Below are positions 56,566 through 64,000 of a stretch of 64,000 nt of DNA, one piece after another. The notes under the pieces are model-generated. The model was not told where the DNA came from. It saw only the letters and a program-made list of their open reading frames with translations, and made no database searches. The first letter of the stretch is position 1; the number at the start of each line of letters is the position of its first letter. The DNA comes from Thermoanaerobaculia bacterium (GTDB lineage Bacteria; Acidobacteriota; Thermoanaerobaculia; Multivoradales; Multivoraceae). A program made the position numbers and the translations under genes. The stretch spans positions 1,152,001 to 1,216,000 of the forward strand of contig OY761158.1 in NCBI GenBank assembly GCA_963664405.1, given 5' to 3'.

Positions 56566-59181
56566 ATGCCCAAAGCGCGACACCTTGCAGTCTTCGCCCT
56601 TTGCACTGGCGCTCTGCTTACAGCAGTGTTCCAGACAACGCGAGCACAGCCTACTGGGCAAGACGGTGCCATGTCGGCCGAGCTGCGAAGCCAGGTCGAG
56701 TTCCTCAAAGAAGACCTTCAACGGAGCCCCACCGACGGCTCGAACCTGGCCGAGCGAACGCCTGTGGTGTGGGATTGGATCAACGCCTACGCCCTCGCCG
56801 GCGGAGCGGTGCCCACCAGCGCGACTGGAATCCTTCAGTCCGCCTTCCGCGAGCTGGTCGAGGCTGAGCGCGAAGGGCGTGAGCCTCGAGTGGCTCTCGA
56901 TCAACGCCCCGACGGACGCGCAATCTACGCCGACGCCCGCATCGATCAGGTGATCGAAGAGCTTCGTCTCAAAGACGAGGAGCCCGGCGCTCTGGGCACT
57001 TTCTCTCTCAGCTCCAGCGGACCCTTCACCGCCGACTCGTGGATCACGATCGAACAGACTTACACCGTCGGAGACCTGCCTATGAAGCAGGGGGCGAGAG
57101 TGGTTGTCGGGCGCAACGGTCAGTGGGATCGCGGCGGCCTGCAGAATGAGGGTCCGGGTGACGGCTACGTCACCATCAAGTCCTCGAGCCCCAGCGCTCG
57201 ATTCGCGAAGATCGACCTTGTCCTGGGCACCGGACGTTACCGGGCTGTGCGGCCGACTTTCCGCCTCGAGCAAGGGACTCTCGGCAAGGGGGAGTCCTTC
57301 ACTCTTGTTTACGGCGACAAGAGCGGCGGCGGACGCGGCTGGCGGCTGTTCACCTATGAGAACGACCTGACGCTCTTGCCCGTCAATATCGATCACTCGG
57401 GCGAAGGGAGATTCCCGACCCACCAATGGCCCGCCTTCAAGGTCGTGGGCGCGGGCGTCGCCAGGGCGAAGGGCTTCGCCCCCTCGATCGTCGAGCCGGG
57501 AGAGACCTTCGAGCTTGCCGTGCGCAGCGAAGACGTGAACTTCAACCGAGCGACAGGTGAGATTCCCGCCTATGAAGTCACGCTCAACGGCCGCTCCTTC
57601 CGAGATCTGCCAGCTGGGGGTCCTGCGCTCAACATGGTCGGCGACCTTCGCCTCGACGAGGAAGGGGTCTATCGCTTCGACATCGAATCAGCCGACGGCA
57701 GGATCACCGGAAGCAGCAACCCGGTCTGGGTCCGCCGCGATCCTCCCCACCGCATCTACTGGGGCGAGACCCACTCCCACGCAGGGATGGCGGAAGGTCA
57801 GGGCTCGATCGACGGCGCCTACCGCCATGCCCGCGACGATGCCCAGTTGGACTTCTACGGAATGTCCGAGCACGACACCGCGATGGACGACTTCGAATGG
57901 AAGAACATCCGCGAGGGCGTCCAGCGTTACAACGATCCGGGCGAGTTCGTCGCCTTCCTGGGCTACGAGTGGACGGTCCAGCGCCGCTACGGCGGCCACC
58001 ACAACGTCTTCTACCGCGAGCCCTTCCCCACTCGCGTCAGCGCTCAGGCGGCGCCCAATCTGGCTCTGCTCTATCAAGGTCTGCGCGAGCTCTACGACAC
58101 TAACGATGTCGTCATCATTCCCCACGCCCACCAACCGGGCGACTGGCGCAACAGCGACACCGACATGGAGACCCTGGTCGAGATCATGTCGATGCACGGC
58201 ACCTTCGAATGGTTCGGAAACTATTACCTGCGTCGAGGGCACCAAGTCGGGTTTATCGCGGCCTCAGACGACCACCGAACCCACCCCGGCTACACCGGCA
58301 CCCGCCCCCGAGGGATGACACAGTTCGGCGGACTCGCCGCAGTACTGGCGGGGGAGAAGACCAACGACGCGATCTTCGACGCGCTCAAGCAGCGCCGGGC
58401 ATACGCTGCGACGTCGGCCGACCGGATCATCGTCGACTTCGAGCTCAATGGCGAGCCGATGGGGCAGCGGATCGAGTACAGCGAGAATCGTCGCCTCCGC
58501 GCCAGGGTGATGGGAACGGCGCCGATCCTCGAGGTCGCCGTGGTCAAGAACGGCGACGTGGTCTATCGCAAACGACCGCTGCGCACCGACCTGAGCCAGA
58601 CCGTGACGGCGCAAATCGAGCTCCACTCCTCCACCGAGCCCTTCATTCGCGAGAGCCCACGTGGTTACCGGCGCTGGAGTGGCTCGATCGAGGTTCACGG
58701 GGCAAAGCTGGTGGGCCATCAGGTCCCCCATGCCGAGAATCCCCATCTCGAGAGCTGGAAGCGGGAAGGCGATCGGATCGTCTTCGCGACGATCACACGC
58801 GGTCGAGCGGACTCGGTTCTGCTCGAGATCGAAGGCGCGAGCCCCTCGACAGAGGTCGTGATCGATCTGGACGAGGGGAGCGAGGCCGGCAAGGCCCCGA
58901 TCCACATTCGCCCCTACGCAACCCACCCGGCGCGAAGGCTCCGACTGGCCTTCTCCGATCTGCGCGACGGGGTTCTGGAGACCGACCTACCGGCCGACCC
59001 GGATTCCGATCGAGTCACGCTCCAGCTGATCAGTCATGACCAGCCCTTGGACACCGATCTTGATTTCGACGACCAGGACGCGCCCGGCCACGGCGACTAC
59101 TACTACGTCCGCGTGAAACAGATCAACGGGGCGATGGCCTGGTCGTCGCCCATTTGGGTAGGGGGCGAGGAGCCCCGTTAG
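56566..59181 (+). CDS. Secreted DUF3604 / PHP-fold metallohydrolase with beta-sandwich domains
   Basis: GGAGG SD; signal peptide; YWGETHSH, SEHD, GYEWT, GHHNV, IPHAH, ASDDH, YYYVRVKQ..G.MAWSSPIWV. Confidence 0.88.
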   Translation: MPKARHLAVFALCTGALLTAVFQTTRAQPTGQDGAMSAELRSQVEFLKEDLQRSPTDGSNLAERTPVVWDWINAYALAGGAVPTSATGILQSAFRELVEAEREGREPRVALDQRPDGRAIYADARIDQVIEELRLKDEEPGALGTFSLSSSGPFTADSWITIEQTYTVGDLPMKQGARVVVGRNGQWDRGGLQNEGPGDGYVTIKSSSPSARFAKIDLVLGTGRYRAVRPTFRLEQGTLGKGESFTLVYGDKSGGGRGWRLFTYENDLTLLPVNIDHSGEGRFPTHQWPAFKVVGAGVARAKGFAPSIVEPGETFELAVRSEDVNFNRATGEIPAYEVTLNGRSFRDLPAGGPALNMVGDLRLDEEGVYRFDIESADGRITGSSNPVWVRRDPPHRIYWGETHSHAGMAEGQGSIDGAYRHARDDAQLDFYGMSEHDTAMDDFEWKNIREGVQRYNDPGEFVAFLGYEWTVQRRYGGHHNVFYREPFPTRVSAQAAPNLALLYQGLRELYDTNDVVIIPHAHQPGDWRNSDTDMETLVEIMSMHGTFEWFGNYYLRRGHQVGFIAASDDHRTHPGYTGTRPRGMTQFGGLAAVLAGEKTNDAIFDALKQRRAYAATSADRIIVDFELNGEPMGQRIEYSENRRLRARVMGTAPILEVAVVKNGDVVYRKRPLRTDLSQTVTAQIELHSSTEPFIRESPRGYRRWSGSIEVHGAKLVGHQVPHAENPHLESWKREGDRIVFATITRGRADSVLLEIEGASPSTEVVIDLDEGSEAGKAPIHIRPYATHPARRLRLAFSDLRDGVLETDLPADPDSDRVTLQLISHDQPLDTDLDFDDQDAPGHGDYYYVRVKQINGAMAWSSPIWVGGEEPR

Positions 59182-59194
59182 AGGCCGCGCGAAT

Positions 59195-61366
59195 TCAGGG
59201 ACGCCGGAAGGGCTCCGGGTGGAGAAAGCGATCGACGGCGTTGCGCGTAATGCGCGCGACATCGTTCTTGCCTCCGTCGGTCGCCAGAGCGGCGCCCCAG
59301 TTGATCGAGCCGGTCGAGAAGACGGCGCCGCCATTGGGGCACTCGAAGAAGACGACGTCGTTGCGCACCTGGGGGTCGGCGGCAGTCGCGATCTCGGTCT
59401 CGTGGAACTCCTCCTTGGTCTTGAGCATCTCGGCGGGTTGGTCCGTGGCCGTAGCAACGACGAGGGCGTGAGGCGGAGATCCGAGACGGATGTCGAAGCG
59501 GTCGATCTCTTCGCCCGACGGACTGTCGAGACGACGGTGATCGCCGAATCGTCGCTCGTTGACCCCGTCGAACAGGAACGCTGCTCTGGGATCGTCGCTG
59601 GCTTCGGTGCGCTCGAAGCCGACCGTGTGGCCGAAGCCCTGGGCGGCGAAACCGACCCCACAGAGCAGGTTCGGCGGACGCCCGATGCGACGCCACAGTC
59701 CGCCGTACTCGCCACCCCACTGGTGGTAGGACTCGCCGGGCTCCGCCAACCAGGCTCTCGTACCGTCTTCGGCCCGCCGCACCTCCATCACACCCTCATG
59801 GTCGCGATCGAAGGCGACGCGCCAGTAAAAGCCGTTACCGCCCATGTAGAGAAGGCGGCCGCCCTCCTCCAGCCGACTCTCGAGAGCGTCGAGCATTCGC
59901 GTCGACCAGTACTCGGGGTGGGTACCGGTCATGACGGCGCGATAGCGACTCAGGAGCTCGCTTCCCTCCTCATCGAGATCCTCGTCGGTGGCGATGTCGT
60001 AGGCGATGCCCTCGCGCTCGAGCCACGCGGTGAGTCGGGTATCGGCCGCGAACCCCCAAGGAACGTTCTTCGATTTGAGATTCATGACGGGCCGTCGTCG
60101 CGACGAGAAGACGACACCGGAGCCGTCACGGTGGTAGTCGTAGTGCGAGAGGCCGAATTCGGGATGAGAGAGCAGCGTTGCATCGTTGGGTAGCGGCTCT
60201 GCGGGAGGCTCGCCAGTCAGATGGCTGGGCCTGAGGTGAATGGTGTGGTTGGCGTAGGCGAGATAGGTGGCGGTGGGAACCAGAAACAGGAGGTTCGCGG
60301 TTATCTCTCCGCGCGGTGGACGAACGAAGAACTGGATGTGGTCTTCGTGCCGGCCCCGGCGCAGGCGCACAGCGTAGATACCGCTTTCGAGGTGGTCCGG
60401 AATCGTGAGCTCGAAATCGGAATCCCACTCGGCGTCGGCGAGATCGTCGTCGTGGAAATGGACCGCCCCGTACTGTTCCGGAGCCTGCTTCCAGTCGTGA
60501 ATCTCGCCAGTCCACCGCCGCCCGGGCACGGCCCGGGTCGGCAGGTTGTGGAGGACTCCATGGCGCCCGTGTGGGGAGAGGTCTTCGAAGCCGTCGGTCG
60601 CGATGCCGCGCGAGAAGTCCCACCATCCGACGACCCGCGAATCGTCGGGGCTGAGGGCGTCGAGCCCGTCCGAGTCGAGGACTCCCCGGATGAGTCGGGG
60701 CGCCTCCAGCCGGCCGTTGAAGGTGCGGTCGGCAAAGCGCAGGCCAGGCGACGGAAGAACGCCATTCGCTGGGTCGAGAGGAACGATGGGCAGAAGAGGT
60801 ACCACGACCTCGATCCGCCGCAGCGACAGTCGGTCACCCGGAGAGCGGGCCTGAGGCTCCTGGATCAGCGTGACCGTGCTCGCTTCGAGATCTCGCGACA
60901 CCGCAACGCGGGTCCAACGCCGCTCCGGCAATGCGACGCCGGTGTCGACCGGTGAGCCGTCGAGGTCGATCGAGAGCGAGCCCTCCTCGGAAAGCCCGAT
61001 CGTGAGCTCGTCGGTACTAACCAGGGTCTGGCGCCTGCCGGCGCCGGGTGTCGTCGGGAAAACCCACGCCTCGAAGGTGAAACTCTCGGGGATCGAGACA
61101 CCGCCGACCTCCGCCCAGGAGCCGATCTCGATCGACTGCTCACGCCCGTCGTAGCTACCGTTGATCGGCGAGTCGAGCTCGATCTCCTCGAAGCCGCCAC
61201 CCATCGGATAAACATCGCCGCAGACCGTCCGAACCAACTGGGCATCGTAGGAGCCCGCTTCGTAGCAGCTGACCATGAATCGAACTCGACTGCCGGGACG
61301 AGCCGACAGCGGCTCGCAGTAGCCGACCACAGACTTGGCGTTTCGTAGGTCGAGGTCGGAGGACAT
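59195..61366 (-). CDS. N,N-dimethylformamidase large (beta) subunit family protein
   Basis: GGAGG SD; LamG-like insert; GAVHFHDDDL, PTATYLAYAN, GLSHYDYH.DG, TGTHPEYWS, YMGGNGFYW, GGAVFSTGSI. Confidence 0.92.
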   Translation of the reverse strand: MSSDLDLRNAKSVVGYCEPLSARPGSRVRFMVSCYEAGSYDAQLVRTVCGDVYPMGGGFEEIELDSPINGSYDGREQSIEIGSWAEVGGVSIPESFTFEAWVFPTTPGAGRRQTLVSTDELTIGLSEEGSLSIDLDGSPVDTGVALPERRWTRVAVSRDLEASTVTLIQEPQARSPGDRLSLRRIEVVVPLLPIVPLDPANGVLPSPGLRFADRTFNGRLEAPRLIRGVLDSDGLDALSPDDSRVVGWWDFSRGIATDGFEDLSPHGRHGVLHNLPTRAVPGRRWTGEIHDWKQAPEQYGAVHFHDDDLADAEWDSDFELTIPDHLESGIYAVRLRRGRHEDHIQFFVRPPRGEITANLLFLVPTATYLAYANHTIHLRPSHLTGEPPAEPLPNDATLLSHPEFGLSHYDYHRDGSGVVFSSRRRPVMNLKSKNVPWGFAADTRLTAWLEREGIAYDIATDEDLDEEGSELLSRYRAVMTGTHPEYWSTRMLDALESRLEEGGRLLYMGGNGFYWRVAFDRDHEGVMEVRRAEDGTRAWLAEPGESYHQWGGEYGGLWRRIGRPPNLLCGVGFAAQGFGHTVGFERTEASDDPRAAFLFDGVNERRFGDHRRLDSPSGEEIDRFDIRLGSPPHALVVATATDQPAEMLKTKEEFHETEIATAADPQVRNDVVFFECPNGGAVFSTGSINWGAALATDGGKNDVARITRNAVDRFLHPEPFRRP

Positions 61367-61403
61367 TTGTCTTGGACCTACCTCCAGACCGAGAGGACCC
61401 GAT

Positions 61404-61496
61404 CTACAGGTCGAAGGGTGCCTGGAAGAACCACTTGTCTCGGTTCTCGCCTGCCTCCAGCCCCGCCGTCATCGCTTTGAGCTCTCGATCTCCCAT
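61404..61496 (-). CDS. Candidate 30-aa small ORF upstream of the DMFase-like gene
   Basis: ATG at 61496 with GGAG just upstream; MGDRELKAMTAGLEAGENRDKWFFQAPFDL; TAG at 61404-61406. Confidence 0.35.
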   Translation of the reverse strand: MGDRELKAMTAGLEAGENRDKWFFQAPFDL

Positions 61497-61610
61497 GACT
61501 CCACTCTACTCCTCTGCAGCCACGTCTGGCCAAAGTACGTTGGCGCGACTGATACGCTCGTTTCCCGTCCCGAGGCAACATGGTGGCGCCCACGACCCTG
61601 GAGTATCGAC

Positions 61611-63527
61611 GTGACGAAACGCCTTGGCCCTCTTGCAATACTCACGGTCTTGATCGCGGCAACCCCCGCCGCGATCGCCCAGGAAGGACGCCGCCCAAAT
61701 ATCCTCTGGCTCTCGAGCGAAGACAACGGCCCTCACCTCGGCGCCTACGGAGATCGCTTCGCGGACACGCCGAACCTCGACGCTCTGGCCAGCCGGGGCC
61801 TGCGCTATGAGGTTGCCTGGTCGAACGCACCGGTCTGTGCACCGGCCCGCACCACCATCATCACCGGTTTGTACGCCACCTCGATCGGCGCCCACCATAT
61901 GCGCAGCGAAGTGCGACTTCCAACGAGCTTCAAGCTCTTCCCCGAAATTCTTCGCGATGCCGGCTACTACACTTCGAACAACTCCAAGCTCGACTACAAC
62001 CTGGCCGAGTGGGGAGCAAACCTCGACGAAGACAAAAGCCGGCGCGTGTGGAACGAAACGTCGACGCAGGCTCACTGGCGAGCGCGCCCAGCGGGGGCGC
62101 CCTTCTTTTCCGTTTTCAACTACACCATCACCCACGAGAGTCGGATCCGAAGCCGCCCGCACGAGGCGAAGCACGACCCTGCCGGAGTCACTCTTCCGGC
62201 TTACCACCCAGACACACCGGAGGTGCGGCGCGACTGGGCCCAGTACTACGACAAGATGACCGAGATGGATGCCATGGCCGGCGCACAGCTCCGCCAGCTC
62301 GAAGAGGACGGTCTGGCCGGCGAGACGATTGTCTTCTACTGGGGCGATCACGGCATCGGTCTTCCGCGAGGCAAGCGCACGCCGCTCGACTCCGGGCTCC
62401 ACGTACCACTCCTCCTCTACATCCCGCCGGATTTCCGTCACCTCGCGCCGGAGGACTACCAACCAGGCGGCGTAACCGATCGCCTGGTCTCCTTCGTCGA
62501 CTTCGCGGCCACAGTGCTCTCGCTCGCAGGCATCGAGCCGCCCGAGCACTTTCAGGGGCTGGCCTTTGCCGGTCGCCATGAGGCGGAAGCGAGAGAGACT
62601 CTCTTCGGCTTCCGCGGACGCATGGACGAACGCCCGGATCGTGTGCGCAGCGTGCGCGACGACCGTTACATCTACGTCCGCAACTACATGCCTCATCGCC
62701 CCTACGGCGCCCACGTCGCCTACATGTTCCAGACCCCGACCACGCAGGTCTGGCACCGGCTCTACGAAGAGGGGAAGCTGCCCCCCGAGCAGGCCTTCTT
62801 CTGGGAGCCGACCAAGCCCTATGAAGAGCTCTACGATCTCGCCAGTGATCCCTACGAAGTGGAAAACCTGGCCGGCTCGCCCGAGCACGCAGCGACCCTT
62901 TCGCGGCTCAGAAAGGCCCTCGACGAACATCTCCGCGAAACGGTCGATGTCGGCTTCATTCCCGAAGCGGAGATGCTGGCACTCGCCGGAGCCGGGACGC
63001 CCTGGGATCTCGCTCGGGACTCGGCTCGCTACGACCTCGATGCCGCGATGGCAGCCGCGGACGTTGCCTGCCGCGGCAAGATGAGCGACATCGAGACCCT
63101 GCGCGGACTGCTCGGGCACGACGACGCCGTCCAGCGTTATTGGGGTGCGCTCGGCGCGCTCATTCGCGGCTCGAGTGGGGTCCTCCCCTTATCCGCCGAG
63201 CTCGTAGATCGTCTCGCCGACCCCGCCCTGTCGGTGCGCATCGTTGCTGCCGAAGCCCTGGGGCGATACGGCAAGCCCGATCATCTGCAGACGAGCCTCG
63301 AGGTTCTGATCGATGCGGCCTCGGTGGACTCCCGGCCGGTCATGGTCGCGGTGGCTGCTCTCAACTCGATCGACGCGCTCGACCAACGAGCACGACCGAT
63401 CGCCGATCGGCTTCGCCGTCTTCCCACCGACCACGACAAGATCTCAGCGAAACAGGACGACTACGTACCAAGGCTGGTCGAGCACATCCTCTCGGACTCA
63501 CGAGGCGAACAGGCTTCGCCTGAGTAG
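61611..63527 (+). CDS. Secreted sulfatase with C-terminal HEAT-like repeats
   Basis: GGAG SD and GTG at 61611; PNILWLSSEDNG; CAPAR; WGDHG; HEAT-like DDAVQRYWGALG and DPALSVRIVAAEALG. Confidence 0.92.
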   Translation: MTKRLGPLAILTVLIAATPAAIAQEGRRPNILWLSSEDNGPHLGAYGDRFADTPNLDALASRGLRYEVAWSNAPVCAPARTTIITGLYATSIGAHHMRSEVRLPTSFKLFPEILRDAGYYTSNNSKLDYNLAEWGANLDEDKSRRVWNETSTQAHWRARPAGAPFFSVFNYTITHESRIRSRPHEAKHDPAGVTLPAYHPDTPEVRRDWAQYYDKMTEMDAMAGAQLRQLEEDGLAGETIVFYWGDHGIGLPRGKRTPLDSGLHVPLLLYIPPDFRHLAPEDYQPGGVTDRLVSFVDFAATVLSLAGIEPPEHFQGLAFAGRHEAEARETLFGFRGRMDERPDRVRSVRDDRYIYVRNYMPHRPYGAHVAYMFQTPTTQVWHRLYEEGKLPPEQAFFWEPTKPYEELYDLASDPYEVENLAGSPEHAATLSRLRKALDEHLRETVDVGFIPEAEMLALAGAGTPWDLARDSARYDLDAAMAAADVACRGKMSDIETLRGLLGHDDAVQRYWGALGALIRGSSGVLPLSAELVDRLADPALSVRIVAAEALGRYGKPDHLQTSLEVLIDAASVDSRPVMVAVAALNSIDALDQRARPIADRLRRLPTDHDKISAKQDDYVPRLVEHILSDSRGEQASPE

Positions 63528-63706
63528 GCTGCCGAGTTGCCCTGCACCCCTGTGTGTGTGCGACCCACCCATTCTTCTCTCGGGGCGTGGCCCCCGTTAG
63601 CGGGGAAGTCGCCTCAAGATGAGCACTTGCGGAGAGTTGGAACGCTAACTCGAGGCTCCGACCACCTCGGAAGTCGCAGTGGCTACTCCGAGCCGCTGTG
63701 ACGGTC

Positions 63707-64000
63707 TCAATCCTTCAGGGTGTAGGCCTTGTGCCAGCTCTGATCCGCGCCCGCACCCACATTGGCGATGTGCACATCCAGCAGGTAGGGCTCACCGGCG
63801 GCCTGGGCGTCCCTGCCTCGCTTCAGGGCCGCGTCCAGCTCGCTGGGGTCATGGACGTGTTGTCCATCGATGCCCTGAGCTTTGGCCAGCATCACGAAAT
63901 CGATCGCCGGGTCACCCAGAAAGGTCTCCGGGTACTTGTTCTGCTCTTTCATGCTTCCGCCCCAGGCGGCGAAGTTCACCCGAACCGTCTGGTATTGCAT
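63707..64000 (-). CDS. Thiamine-pyrophosphate-dependent enzyme, C-terminal part (benzoylformate decarboxylase-like)
   Basis: LGDPAIDFVMLAKAQGIDG..V..PSEL..AL.R....GEPYLLDV; gene starts beyond the window. Confidence 0.8.
   Translation of the reverse strand: MQYQTVRVNFAAWGGSMKEQNKYPETFLGDPAIDFVMLAKAQGIDGQHVHDPSELDAALKRGRDAQAAGEPYLLDVHIANVGAGADQSWHKAYTLKD

Noticed and set aside
63551-63560. (TG)5 microsatellite, and a C8 run near 52696-52703
   Set aside because: Short and intergenic, with no evidence of phase variation.
1-64000. CRISPR arrays, tRNA/rRNA genes, transposases, prophage or defence systems
   Set aside because: None recognised by eye apart from the broken vapBC; a tRNAscan/Infernal run would be needed to exclude small RNAs.

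Overview
GC-rich bacterial window with about 45 genes and no rRNA, tRNA, CRISPR array or transposase that I can see. The gene content suggests a marine or host-associated heterotroph such as an Acidobacteriota member (inference only). Contents: (1) a largely coupled operon at 1-9893 with five sulfatase domains, a BNR/sialidase-sulfatase fusion and a Kelch(NanM-like)-sodium:solute symporter fusion, plausibly for sulfated sialoglycans; (2) a patchwork of secreted or catabolic enzymes (four more sulfatases, two DUF3604 PHP-type hydrolases, amidohydrolases, a heme-c beta-propeller protein, an AKR7-like reductase, an extradiol dioxygenase, a DMFase large-subunit homologue); (3) a 12-gene surface glycosylation locus at 34160-47793 (two GT-C-like membrane proteins, GT2, flippase-like protein, reversed-order HldE-like enzyme, epimerase, two DegT-like proteins, GNAT, sulfotransferase, two methyltransferases); (4) a frameshifted rifampicin-phosphotransferase-like gene and purD. 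Signals not visible in the ORF track: a CTAG-flanked ~170-bp palindromic element that replaces a gene's C-terminus, several multi-hairpin intergenic regions, a probable ATC start codon, a methyltransferase with two compensating frameshifts, and internally deleted pseudogenes (vapC, redoxin-DsbD). All family calls come from motif recognition by eye; no database search was run.
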